Position numbers and translations under genes: made by a program. Under the pieces are notes generated by a model that had not been told where the DNA came from, did no database searches, and saw only the letters and a program-made list of their open reading frames with translations. A stretch of DNA of 60,016 nucleotides, taken from Nocardioidaceae bacterium. Lineage in GTDB: Bacteria; Actinomycetota; Actinomycetes; Propionibacteriales; Nocardioidaceae. Positions 48,513-57,997 of the stretch are shown here, in pieces. Location: assembly GCA_013696745.1 (NCBI GenBank), contig JACCXZ010000133.1, positions 1-60,016 on the forward strand, read 5' to 3'. Positions within the stretch are counted from its first letter, which is position 1; each line of letters opens with the position of its first letter.

Positions 48513-51500
48513 GACGCGGCCGGGTGCGTGGCCAGGGCATCCAGTGCGATCCGGATCGCCGTGTCGAGCTGGGGGTCGCGCCCGGCGGCGCGGTCCTGGG
48601 GGGTCGCCACGACCTCGACGTCCGGGTCGACACCATGGTTCTCTACCCGCCAGCCCTTGCCCTCCAGCCAGAACGAGTAACGGGGCTGCGTCACCGCCGT
48701 ACCGTCGGCAAGCCGGTACTTTCCGTCGATGCCGATCACGCCGCCCCAGGTGCGGACGCCGACGACCGGTCCGATCCCCAGTGCCTGGATGGCGGCGTTG
48801 ACGATGTCGCCGTCGGAGCCGGTGAACTCGTCGGCGACCGCGACCACCGGCCCGCGGGGCGCGTCGGACGGGTAGCGCTGGGGTCGATAACCACGCGAGC
48901 GGTTCCACCCGACCACCCGGCGGGCCAGCTTCTCGACCACCAGCTCCGAGGTGTGGCCGCCACGGTTCTCGCGCACGTCGACGATGACGCCCTCGTGTCC
49001 CATCTCCACGCGCAGGTCGCGGTGCAGCTGGGCCCATCCGGTGGAGATCATGTCGGGCACGTGCAGGTAGCCGAGCCGGCCCTGCGACTGCTCACGTACG
49101 TGGGCGCGACGCTGTGTCACCCAGTCCTGGTACCGCAGCGGGACCTCGTCGGCAAGCGGGGTCACCACGACACGACGGACCTCCCCGTCGCCACCGCGCA
49201 CGACCAGCTCGACCGGGTGCTCGGCCCCTCCGACGAGGAGGGCGGCCGGGCCGAGGTCGGCCGGGACATCCACACCGTCGACGGCGTGAATGGTGTCACC
49301 GGCCCGGACATCGACACCCGGGGCGGACAGCGGCGAGCGGGCCTGGGGCTCCGAGGGCTCCCCCGGCACCACCCGTGCGATCCGCCAGGCGCCGTCCGGG
49401 TCGCGTGCCAGGTCGGCACCCAGCAGGCCCTGACGAGTCAGCGGGTCTGGCGGTGCGGCCTTGGGCTGGACGTACGCGTGGGAGGTGGCCAGCTCGCCTT
49501 GCACCTCCCACATCAGATCGACGAAGTCATCGTGGCATCCGAGCCGTTCGACCAGCGGGCCAAAGCGGTCGAGAACGGCGCTCCAATCCGTGCCGCCCAT
49601 GTCCTCGCGCCAGAAGTTGTCGCGCATGAGGCGCCCGGCCTCGTCGTAGCTCTGGCGCCACTCGACCGGCCGGTCGATGCGCACCCGGACACGGGACAGG
49701 TCGACATCGACCCGGTGCTGCTCACCCTCGGGGCCGTCCGGGACCTTCCGTGTGGCGGGCAGCACCCGCAGGTCCTTGTCGTCGCGCACGACCAGCCGCG
49801 ACCCGTCACCACTGACCCACACGGCGTGAACGGCATCGGCGAGCACCTCGCACCGAGCGGTGCCCAGGTCGAAGCGTTCCAGTGCCGAGCGGGGGACATC
49901 CTGCGCACCCAGAGCCGGCAGGACGCCGGAGGGCTCGCCACGCAGCCACACGAGTCCGCCCTCGACGACCCGCAACGACTCGTAGCGCGCCGCAGGGACG
50001 GGGAACGGTACCGCCCGCTGGTGCAGTCCTTCGGTGTCGACCTCGGTGGCCCTCGGCGTCGTCCTCGAAGTGGAGTCGTCCTGCTGCTGATCACCCGGCG
50101 GCATCGGCGGGCGGCCGGCGACCTGCGCATCGAACGGCGACGGGGTGCGCGCGCCCAGCGGGAGCAGGTGGGGACGACTGCCCACCGGGAAGCCGAGGTC
50201 GAAGACGTAGGCGTCATACACCGGTTCGAGGCTGCGCACCGACAAGAACGCGAGGTGCAACCCGTCTTCGGTGAACACCGGCTCGGTGTCGGAGAACCGG
50301 AGCGGCGTTGCCTGCACCACCTGGGCGTCCGGGCCGTCCGTGATGCGGGTCATGCGCAGCTGGCGTAGGGGATCCGTCCCGGGGTGAGACCACGCGAGCC
50401 ACGCCGAGTCGGGAGAGAACGCCAGGCCGGTGACCTCGCCGTCGTGGGCCCGATCGACTTCGCGCACCCGTCCGCCCGCCGCGAGGTCGAGCAGCAGCAG
50501 CCGGCCGTCGTGCGACGCCACGGCCAGGGCTCCCCCATCCGGTGCGGCGACCATCTCCAGGACGCGACCCAGCTCGCCGCGGCCCACGACGGTGGCATCC
50601 TCTCCGACTGCCGCGCGCAGGTGGTGGATCTCGACACCGTCCTCCCCGCCGTCGTCGGTGACTACCGCGACCCGGTCGTCGTCGACCACGACAGGGACGC
50701 GGGCGCGGACACCTGGTCGCGCGACCAGTGCGCGGGCCGGACCCTCGCGATGCGTCACCCAGTGCACCTGACCGCGCACCTCCAGGGCGCTGGCGCGTCC
50801 GGTGCCGTCGACGGACAACTCACCGAGGGCGTCACCCGCCTCGACCAACAGCGGCTGGCGGGCCGGGCGAGCGCTGGTCAGCGACACCTCGACGCGGCGC
50901 GGCCGTTCATGACCGTCGAGGACGGCGGTATCGGCCACCCAGAGGTGACCGGCGCTGACGTACACCAGGTGTTCGCCGTCGGAGCTCGCATGGCGTACGT
51001 AGAAGTCGTGACGCAGGCACTCGTGCAGCGCCGCATCACTTTCGAGCTCGTACAGACGTCCGGAACCTTCGTGATCGGAGACGACAAGGGTGCGTCCACG
51101 GAGGAAGCACGGGTGGACCAGCGAGGCGGTGTGGCCGGGCAGCAGGCGGGTGAACTCGCCGTCACCCGCCCGGTCGGTCCAGAGCCGGGATGCCGTGCCG
51201 CCGCGATAGCGCTTGCGCCAGGCCAGCTCGCCGCCCATGACCGGGGTGGACACGAGCACCTCACCTGAGGGCCCCAGGGCGAACTCGCCGACCAGTCCCC
51301 ACGGCAGGCGTTGACCCGGTGAACCGTCGACCGGCAATGCGTGCGCCCAGACCCGTCGCCCCGATCCCTGCCCGACATCGGACACGGCGACCACGCGCCC
51401 GTCCGGCAGCCACCCCCGTACGCCGGTGCCCTGCGCTCCCCAGTAGGTCAGCCGGCGTGCCGGTCCACCGTCGACGGGCGCGACCTGCACCTCGGGCGCG

Positions 51501-51694
51501 CCGTACCGGCGACTGGTCCAGGCGACCATCGCCCCGTCGGGCGACAGCCGGGGATGTGCGACCGGTGCCTTGTCGTCACTCAGCCGTCGCGCTACCCCAC
51601 CGGCGAGGGCTGCGAGCCAGACCTCACCCTCGGCGACGAAGGTGACGAGGTCACCACGGACGTGCGGGAAGCGCAGGTAGCAGTCGTTGCTCAT
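48473..51694 (-). CDS. Tricorn-protease-like S41 peptidase with beta-propeller domains
   Basis: 1073 aa starting ..YLRFPHVRGDLVTFVAEGEVWLA. Repeated propeller segments, a PDZ-like region and a C-terminal S41 domain (VDVRENRGGH, GSDGD). Confidence 0.88.
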   Translation of the reverse strand: MSNDCYLRFPHVRGDLVTFVAEGEVWLAALAGGVARRLSDDKAPVAHPRLSPDGAMVAWTSRRYGAPEVQVAPVDGGPARRLTYWGAQGTGVRGWLPDGRVVAVSDVGQGSGRRVWAHALPVDGSPGQRLPWGLVGEFALGPSGEVLVSTPVMGGELAWRKRYRGGTASRLWTDRAGDGEFTRLLPGHTASLVHPCFLRGRTLVVSDHEGSGRLYELESDAALHECLRHDFYVRHASSDGEHLVYVSAGHLWVADTAVLDGHERPRRVEVSLTSARPARQPLLVEAGDALGELSVDGTGRASALEVRGQVHWVTHREGPARALVARPGVRARVPVVVDDDRVAVVTDDGGEDGVEIHHLRAAVGEDATVVGRGELGRVLEMVAAPDGGALAVASHDGRLLLLDLAAGGRVREVDRAHDGEVTGLAFSPDSAWLAWSHPGTDPLRQLRMTRITDGPDAQVVQATPLRFSDTEPVFTEDGLHLAFLSVRSLEPVYDAYVFDLGFPVGSRPHLLPLGARTPSPFDAQVAGRPPMPPGDQQQDDSTSRTTPRATEVDTEGLHQRAVPFPVPAARYESLRVVEGGLVWLRGEPSGVLPALGAQDVPRSALERFDLGTARCEVLADAVHAVWVSGDGSRLVVRDDKDLRVLPATRKVPDGPEGEQHRVDVDLSRVRVRIDRPVEWRQSYDEAGRLMRDNFWREDMGGTDWSAVLDRFGPLVERLGCHDDFVDLMWEVQGELATSHAYVQPKAAPPDPLTRQGLLGADLARDPDGAWRIARVVPGEPSEPQARSPLSAPGVDVRAGDTIHAVDGVDVPADLGPAALLVGGAEHPVELVVRGGDGEVRRVVVTPLADEVPLRYQDWVTQRRAHVREQSQGRLGYLHVPDMISTGWAQLHRDLRVEMGHEGVIVDVRENRGGHTSELVVEKLARRVVGWNRSRGYRPQRYPSDAPRGPVVAVADEFTGSDGDIVNAAIQALGIGPVVGVRTWGGVIGIDGKYRLADGTAVTQPRYSFWLEGKGWRVENHGVDPDVEVVATPQDRAAGRDPQLDTAIRIALDALATHPAASAPQIPDLSSSDL

Positions 51695-51727
51695 GCCTCC
51701 CGAACCTATCGGTGCGTCAACGACGAG

Positions 51728-52440
51728 TCAGACGCACGTCGTCCGCTCGGACGTAGGCCATCCGGTGCCGAGCCACACCGGGTAGTACCGGTATCTCCCT
51801 GACACCACGGTGCGGTTGAGCGGCAGCGAGTCGTCGTACACCTTGGCGTAGTAGTACTCGGTCGCCACGGTGGCGTCGGCCAGCGCGTACGCCTGCCCGG
51901 CTCGGATCGTGTGCTGCAGCGGGGCGATGGCCTGGTAGGGGATCTGCTCGGAGTACGCGCTCTCCTCACGGTAGGCGCGTCCGTACACGGGTACCTCGTC
52001 GAGACCCGACCGTGGCACCAGCTTGCGCGGCTTGGGACCCCGAGCCCGGACGACCGTCGGGTCACTCTTCGGTTGTGCGACCAGCCCATCCGGCCGAGCC
52101 ACCACACGCCGAGCCAGCGGCGCTCGGTCTGAGCGACCACGAGCCGCTGGCCGGCGCCGGCGCGGGCACCGATGTCGGAGACGTGCGTGGTGGAGGCGCT
52201 CGCGCCCGGACGCAGCCCTTCGTCGCGGACCAGCGGCGAGACGGCATCCGCGGACTTGGTGATCGAGGCAGCCGACGCGAACCGCTTCGAGGCGGTCATC
52301 GCGACCACGTCGCGGGTACGGGTCGAGCCGGAGGAGGTGGCCGTGACGTTCGCCGACGGTGTGCTGACCCCGGCCGCAGCCAACGCCGCGCCGGACGCGA
52401 CCGCGATGGCCGGTCCGGCGGGGTTCGACGGAACCTTCAT
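51728..52440 (-). pseudogene. Secreted hypothetical protein, coding signal split over two frames (frameshift near 52085..52110)
   Basis: The N-terminal part, with signal peptide MKVPSNPAGPAIAVASGAALAAAG.., runs through ..GQRLVVAQTERRWLGVWW in one frame. The C-terminal part (RPDGLVAQPKSDPTVV...YYPVWLGTGWPTSERTTCV) is in another. Both have very high GC3 only in their own segment. Confidence 0.5.
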
Positions 52441-52660
52441 CCGCTGCGCCCCGAACGCCGGCGTCGTCGAGGTCGGCGCCAGCCTGGCCGACTGGGCACG
52501 AGCGGTGCACGTCTTCGCCGACGAGCAGTGGGGCACCGGGTCCGGTGGGCTCCAGTCACCCGGTCAGGGCTGACCTCGCCCGGTCAGGCGACGTCGGTGC
52601 AGTCCCGCCCTTCCTGCGTCCGTTCGCGTCGCTGGCCGTCGAGTCCTCGTTCGAACTGGC

Positions 52661-53815
52661 TCATGGTGCGCCGGCGGGTGTCGGGATCAGGATGCCGCCA
52701 GCGGTGTGGAACACCGCACCACCGTGTCCGTCGGCCGTGCAGACGAGATGGCCTTGGTGCAGCAGGGTGTGGCAGCTGGTGCACAGACCGATCAGGTTGG
52801 TCATGTCGGTGGGTCCGCCGGCCAACCAGGACACGATGTGATGGATCTGCAGGTTGCGGTGATGGCAGCCGGGGGTAGCGCACTGGAAGTCTTGCGCCAA
52901 GAGCACCGCAAGCCGCTGCTTCGGGGTGGCGATGCGTTCGGTGCGGCCGACGTCGAGCACGTTCCGGTACGGGGTGAGCGGACAGCCGCAGGTGTGTCGG
53001 GGACCGGGCGGGTCGTGACCCGGCGTCGGTCCCGGATCACCGCCACCGCCACCGCCACCGCCCCAGCCCTCAACGACGCGGCCAGTCACGGGATGCTGGT
53101 GGTCGGTAGTCGATCCGTCGGTGAGCACCACCGTCAAGGCTGCGTCGCAGCCCAACCGGGCGAGCAGGTCACGTCCGATGCTGCCGTAGCCGGCCAGGGT
53201 GGCCGGCGGCGAGGGGGTCGTCCTGTCGCCGGACATGGCGTGCGCGAGGATGGTGGCGTCGACGGTGACCACGAGGTGCGGGCGCACGCCGTGGTCACTG
53301 GGGAGCCCACCGGCCAGCACCGCATCCAGCAGGGCGTCGAGACCCTCGACACGGCGCCGTGCCACCGGGCGGTCGTCGGAGGCATGAGCCGGCTTGGCGA
53401 ACGAGTCGAGCAGGGCGCGCAGCTTCGCGCCGGTCTCAGGGCTGAGCCAGCCGTTGACCTGGTAGCCGCTTCCGACCCGGTGACACGTGATGTCCTGCTT
53501 CTCTTGGGCGTGCGCCCAGTCCCGCTCGGCCGCATCCGGGTCGATGGTGTCGCGCAGCCGGTCGACGGCGATGCGTAGGTCCCGCACGTCGCCGTCAGTG
53601 GCGACGCCGAGCAGGATCTGTTGGGCGTCTCGGACGACCGGGGTCCCGATGCGGCGGGTGGCCTCGGCGAACACGTCGACGTGATCCATCCGGATGCTGC
53701 CGGCAGCCAAGGCGGCGGCCACGTCGGGAAGCTGACGCAGGGCTGCACCGGCACGACGGCGACGGCGGGTCTGTGCTGGAGACAGCCGCAGCTCGCGGCG
53801 CAACCACGCGCTCAT
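52661..53815 (-). CDS. DUF222-type HNH endonuclease (REP13E12-like), N-terminally disrupted
   Basis: 384 aa with a DUF222-like helical region and the HNH motif CHHRNLQIHHIVSWLAGGPTDMTNLIGLCTSCHTLLH. An internal Gly8 run is encoded by (GGCGGT)x4. Confidence 0.82.
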   Translation of the reverse strand: MSAWLRRELRLSPAQTRRRRRAGAALRQLPDVAAALAAGSIRMDHVDVFAEATRRIGTPVVRDAQQILLGVATDGDVRDLRIAVDRLRDTIDPDAAERDWAHAQEKQDITCHRVGSGYQVNGWLSPETGAKLRALLDSFAKPAHASDDRPVARRRVEGLDALLDAVLAGGLPSDHGVRPHLVVTVDATILAHAMSGDRTTPSPPATLAGYGSIGRDLLARLGCDAALTVVLTDGSTTDHQHPVTGRVVEGWGGGGGGGGDPGPTPGHDPPGPRHTCGCPLTPYRNVLDVGRTERIATPKQRLAVLLAQDFQCATPGCHHRNLQIHHIVSWLAGGPTDMTNLIGLCTSCHTLLHQGHLVCTADGHGGAVFHTAGGILIPTPAGAP

Positions 53816-53907
53816 CGTGGAACAGCCAGCTGCTCGGCCTGCTCGAGGGACAGCGTGGACCGGTCGAGCTCGGCCAATGCGGCTACCCCCGCATCGACCT
53901 GACTCAT
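53812..53907 (-). pseudogene. Detached N-terminal fragment of the DUF222-HNH gene
   Basis: MSQVDAGVAALAELDRSTLSLEQAEQLAVPR resembles a DUF222 N-terminus. Its stop overlaps the downstream ATG (ATGA). About 35-40 aa that usually precede the AWL motif appear to be missing. Confidence 0.5.
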
Positions 53908-53932
53908 CAGCTGCTCATCGAACTTGTGACTG

Positions 53933-53955
53933 ATATTAGGTGTCTGCTCCGACAG
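53933..53955 (-). promoter_or_regulatory. RecA-NDp-type (PafBC-type) DNA-damage promoter upstream of the DUF222-HNH gene
   Basis: The minus strand reads cTGTCGgag-N8(cagacacc)-TAATAT, in a locally AT-richer patch about 25 nt upstream of the 53907 ATG. Confidence 0.65.
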
Positions 53956-54351
53956 TACCGTTTGCCCTGATCCGATGGAGCAATGTGAACGGCATGACAG
54001 CGGAGCAGCCACGTCAGCCGGTGGTGGGCCGAGTCGCCCGCGAACGCCACAGCTCTGGTGCGGATGTGACTCCTGTGGCGTTCGAGCTGTCAAGCCCGTG
54101 AGTCGCGTGACCCGAGGCGGTCAGTGGTGCAGGAGCGGGGTCGCCGGGGATCGTCAGGTCCGGTTTCGCGCCACTGGCGCAGGTGATCGTGTCTCCGACA
54201 CCGTCGGCTGCCGTTTCCCGAGCTACCCACCGCCCTGACCACCGGCCGGGAGGCCTTGGTTGGCAACGTAGCCGAGCGCGGCCAGGTCCACTGCGTACAG
54301 GCCGTTGCCCACGTGCTCGTCCGAGATGCCGACGTACGTCATGAAGGGTGC

Positions 54352-55194
54352 TCAGGTCGCCTTGCGGGCGGTGAGCAGCAGGTACTCCCACTCCATGACC
54401 GTCGTCTGGTCCCCGCTGTCGTAGCGCGCCACGAGGTCGGCCAGCTCGCGGTCCAGCGCCGCCACGCGCCCGGGATCCTCCGCGATCGCGCGGTACACCG
54501 CGATGGTGGGCCCGTAGTGCGACTTGAAGTAGTCGCGAAAGCTCTCCGGGTCGCGGAAGTGGTCGATGGTGACCGTCTGGCGGCGGGCACTGACATCGGT
54601 CACCCGGTCACCGAGGAGCCCCCGTACGTGGTCCTCGCTCCCCCACATCGGCGGCGGCTGCGCGCCGGGAGGGGGCGGGGGCGCGTACGGCTTCATGGTG
54701 GCGAACATCTGGCCGATGAAGCCCTCGGGGGTCCAGCTGAGCAGTCCGATGGTCCCGCCCGGTCGGCAGACCCGTACCAGCTCGTCGGCGCTGGCCTGGT
54801 GGTGCGGAGCGAACATCACCCCGACGCAGGAGATCACCGTGTCGAACTCGCCGTCGGCGAACGGCAGGGCCTCGGCGTCGCCCTGCTTCCACTCCAGCTC
54901 GGCGCCGCGTTCGGCTGCCTGTCGCTGTCCCGACTCGAACAGCTCCGGGGTGAGGTCGGAGGCGACCACGTTCGCGCCGGCCAGCGCAGCCGGGATGGCG
55001 GCGTTGCCGGAACCGGCTGCCACGTCGAGCACGCGGTCGCCGCTGCGGACGCTGCATGCCTCGACGAGGCGTGCACCCAGGTCGGAGATCAGGTCTCCGG
55101 CCAGGGCCGGGTAGTCGCCGAGCGCCCACATGGCGCGGTGCTTGGCCTTGAGCGTGCGATCGGCATCGACCGCGTCGACGGGTGTGGTGGTCAT
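54352..55194 (-). CDS. Class I SAM-dependent methyltransferase
   Basis: Starts MTTTPVDAVD at 55194. Contains VLDVAAGSGNAA (motif I) and DTVISCVGVMFAP. Confidence 0.88.
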   Translation of the reverse strand: MTTTPVDAVDADRTLKAKHRAMWALGDYPALAGDLISDLGARLVEACSVRSGDRVLDVAAGSGNAAIPAALAGANVVASDLTPELFESGQRQAAERGAELEWKQGDAEALPFADGEFDTVISCVGVMFAPHHQASADELVRVCRPGGTIGLLSWTPEGFIGQMFATMKPYAPPPPPGAQPPPMWGSEDHVRGLLGDRVTDVSARRQTVTIDHFRDPESFRDYFKSHYGPTIAVYRAIAEDPGRVAALDRELADLVARYDSGDQTTVMEWEYLLLTARKAT

Positions 55195-55305
55195 GACCGT
55201 TCTCCTCTGATCTGGGCGGCAGCACCGGTGACCCGGTGCCACCGCCGACGCTAGGGGCTAATCCCACCGCTCCGACAGGGTGCCGACGCGTAGGTCTGCC
55301 GCCCG

Positions 55306-56439
55306 TCAGCCACTGACGCTGGCGGCCGGCGCGTACCCGTGGGCTCCCAAGACCATCGCGGCGGCAGCCGTGCGCTGGGAGGACCCGGCCAGGCCGAGCT
55401 TGCGGTAGGTGGTCTGGAGGTGCCGCTCGACGGTGCGGACGCTCAGCGTGAGCGCCTCGGCGATCTGCCGGTTGTCCTGGCCGGCGGCGACGAGACGCAG
55501 CACCTCTCGCTCGCGCGCGGTCAGGCAGTCGAGCTGCGCCGCACGGGGACCGCCCGAGCGGATCTCCGGCGCAACGTCCTGATCCGGTGCGAGGAAGGCG
55601 TCTACCTCGGACAGGAACACCTGCCACGCCGGCTCGTCGGCCATCAGAACGTGGTTGTCGGTCTCCAGCGTGACCAGTCGCGCGCCCCTGATCTCGGAGG
55701 CGAGCCGTCGGCCTTCCTCGAAGAGGTTCATCTGGTCGCCTCGGGCGTGCAGCACCAGGGTCGGGAGGTCGAGTCCGGGTAGCAGGTCCGTCACGTCGAC
55801 GTCCTGCCGTGCCCGCTTGAAGGCCACCGCGTTCTCGGTGGAGGTCGAGATCCGCATGAGCGCGTCCACCCAGCTCATCTGCTCGGGCGTTGCCCCTGGC
55901 ATCAGCATGTCCGTGAAGACGCGACGGAACCGACCCTCGGGGCGCGCCCACCCGACCTCGATCATCTGGATGAACATGTCATCGAGCTGCCGGGACTCCG
56001 GCGTCGAGTCGACCGTCGCGACGTAGCTCCCGTGCAAGACGAGCCGGGTGACTCGTTCGGGGTGCCGGTGCGCGTAGGCGACGGCGACCGGGCCGCCCTG
56101 CGACATGCCGAGCAGCGCGAACCGCTCCAGACCGGCCGCGTCGACCACGGCTTCCAGGTCACGCACACGTGACTCGAACGAGAAGTCCGGCACCTTCCAG
56201 TCGGACAGGCCGAAGCCTCGTTCGTCGTAGCGGATCGTCGTCGAGAAGCGGCCCAGGTCCTCGACGAAGTGCCGCCACACGGGACTCTGCAGGTCGTACT
56301 CGAGATGGCTGAGCCAGCACGTCGCGACCACCAGCGGGGGCCCCTGCCCGTGCTGGGCGTACGCCACCTGCACGCCGTCGTCGGAACGGCAGAAGCGAAT
56401 CGTCTGCGGCGGAACTGGGCGGGCACGCGCCATGTCCAA
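55306..56439 (-). CDS. Alpha/beta-hydrolase domain fused to a C-terminal LuxR-type HTH
   Basis: 377 aa. The N-terminal hydrolase fold has a GMSQGG nucleophile elbow. The C-terminus reads LTAREREVLRLVAAGQDNRQIAEALTLSVRTVERHL. Confidence 0.88.
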   Translation of the reverse strand: MDMARARPVPPQTIRFCRSDDGVQVAYAQHGQGPPLVVATCWLSHLEYDLQSPVWRHFVEDLGRFSTTIRYDERGFGLSDWKVPDFSFESRVRDLEAVVDAAGLERFALLGMSQGGPVAVAYAHRHPERVTRLVLHGSYVATVDSTPESRQLDDMFIQMIEVGWARPEGRFRRVFTDMLMPGATPEQMSWVDALMRISTSTENAVAFKRARQDVDVTDLLPGLDLPTLVLHARGDQMNLFEEGRRLASEIRGARLVTLETDNHVLMADEPAWQVFLSEVDAFLAPDQDVAPEIRSGGPRAAQLDCLTAREREVLRLVAAGQDNRQIAEALTLSVRTVERHLQTTYRKLGLAGSSQRTAAAAMVLGAHGYAPAASVSG

Positions 56440-56506
56440 CGACGATATTCCTCCTCGACCCGTACGTCACGAGCTTTGCGGATAGCCGTGAGTCGACCGC
56501 GGACGA

Positions 56507-57211
56507 CTAGCGACGCGCAGCGTCCACCAGCGCCGCGAACACTCCGGAGTCCTCCCCCAGCTCGGGATGCCACTGCACAGCGACGCAGAACCGCGCTGCG
56601 GGGTCCTCGAACCCCTCGACCGTCCCGTCAGCAGCGTGTGCAGTCGCGACATAGCCGGGGTGCGAGGCGACTCCCTGGTGGTGGTAGGACGCCACCTCGG
56701 CCCGCTCCCCCACGATCCGGGCCAGCGTCGATCCCGCGACCGTCGTCACCGGGTGCGTCCCGAACACACCAGGGGTGGCGAGGTGGTCGGTGTGGCCGAG
56801 GATGTCCGGCAGGTGCTGGTCGATCGCGCCGCCGGCGGCCACCGCCATGACCTGCATGCCGCGGCAGACGCCGAGCAGCGGAACGTCGCGCTGCCGGGCA
56901 GCGTCGGTGAGCAGGATCTCGGTCGCGTCGCGGTCCGGACGCGAAGCCTGCACGCTCGGGTGCCGCTGCTGCGCGTACGTCTCCGGCGCCACATCCGCGC
57001 CGCCCGACAGCAGCACCCCGTCGAGGCGCGCCAGCAGCTCTGCAGCGTCGGCGACGGTCATCGCCTCGTACGGCGGGATCAGCACCGGTTGTCCGCCCGC
57101 GGCGTACACGTGGGCGGAGTACGACGCGGCGAGCAGCGTGGTCGCCAGCTCCGACCACACGCCCCAGGACGCGGTCTCGTGGTACGCGGTCAGCCCGATC
57201 AGCGGCCTCAC
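56507..57211 (-). CDS. Gamma-glutamyl-GABA hydrolase-like class I glutamine amidotransferase (peptidase C26, PuuD-like)
   Basis: The GTG at 57211 overlaps the upstream stop (GTGA). Contains GVCRGMQVM (catalytic Cys), HHQ and QWHPE motifs. The ORF-track N-terminal extension was rejected. Confidence 0.85.
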   Translation of the reverse strand: MRPLIGLTAYHETASWGVWSELATTLLAASYSAHVYAAGGQPVLIPPYEAMTVADAAELLARLDGVLLSGGADVAPETYAQQRHPSVQASRPDRDATEILLTDAARQRDVPLLGVCRGMQVMAVAAGGAIDQHLPDILGHTDHLATPGVFGTHPVTTVAGSTLARIVGERAEVASYHHQGVASHPGYVATAHAADGTVEGFEDPAARFCVAVQWHPELGEDSGVFAALVDAARR

Positions 57212-57993
57212 AGCGGTGTGACGTACGCGCCGGAGATACCGCCGTCGACGAGGAACTGCGAGGCGGTGACGAACGACGAGTCGTCGCTGGCCAGGAACGC
57301 CACCGCGCCGGCGATCTCCTCGGGGTCGGCGAAGCGACCCATCGGCACGTGCACGAGCCGGCGGGCGGCCCGCTCGGGGTCGGCCGCGAACAACTCCTCC
57401 AGCAGTGGGGTGTTGACCGGGCCAGGGCACAGCGCGTTGACGCGGATCCCCTCTCGAGCGAACTGCACGCCGAGCTCGCGGGACATCGCGAGCACACCGC
57501 CCTTGCTCGCGGTGTAGGAGATCTGCGAGGTGGCCGCGCCCATGACCGCCACGAACGACGCAGTGTTGATGATCGAGCCCTTGCCCTGCTCCTGCATGTA
57601 CGGGATGACCGTCCTGCAGCACAGGTAGACGCTCGTCAGGTTGACCTGCTGCACCCGCTGCCAGACGTCCAGGTCGGTGGTGAGGATCGAGTCGTCCTCG
57701 GGCGGGGAGATCCCGGCGTTGTTGAAGGCGACGTCGATGCGGCCGGTGCGCTCGTGGGCCGCGGCGAACATCGCGTCGACATCCTCGGCATCGGTGACGT
57801 CGCAGCGCACGAAGCGCCCACCGAGCTTCTCGGCGACCTCCGGCCCACGGGTCTCGTCGAGGTCGCCGATGACGACGAACGCACCCTCGTCGGCGAAGCG
57901 GCTGGCGGTGGCCAGACCGATACCGCTGCAGCCGCCGGTGACGACGGCCGTACGACCGGCCAGACGCGCTCCCGGCGACACCTGTGCTGACAT
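57208..57993 (-). CDS. Short-chain dehydrogenase/reductase
   Basis: Starts MSAQVSPG at 57993. Contains TGGCSGIG, NNAG and YTASKGG (YxxxK) motifs. Confidence 0.9.
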   Translation of the reverse strand: MSAQVSPGARLAGRTAVVTGGCSGIGLATASRFADEGAFVVIGDLDETRGPEVAEKLGGRFVRCDVTDAEDVDAMFAAAHERTGRIDVAFNNAGISPPEDDSILTTDLDVWQRVQQVNLTSVYLCCRTVIPYMQEQGKGSIINTASFVAVMGAATSQISYTASKGGVLAMSRELGVQFAREGIRVNALCPGPVNTPLLEELFAADPERAARRLVHVPMGRFADPEEIAGAVAFLASDDSSFVTASQFLVDGGISGAYVTPL

Positions 57994-57997
57994 GGAC

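Noticed and set aside
48524-50368. 614-aa plus-strand ORF
   Set aside because: It is antisense to the tricorn-like protease gene and is a shadow ORF.
55256-55278. RecA-NDp-like cTGTCGgag upstream of the 54352..55194 methyltransferase
   Set aside because: With the required 8-nt spacer the hexamer is TTAGCC, and TAGCCC with 9 nt. Neither fits TAnnnT.
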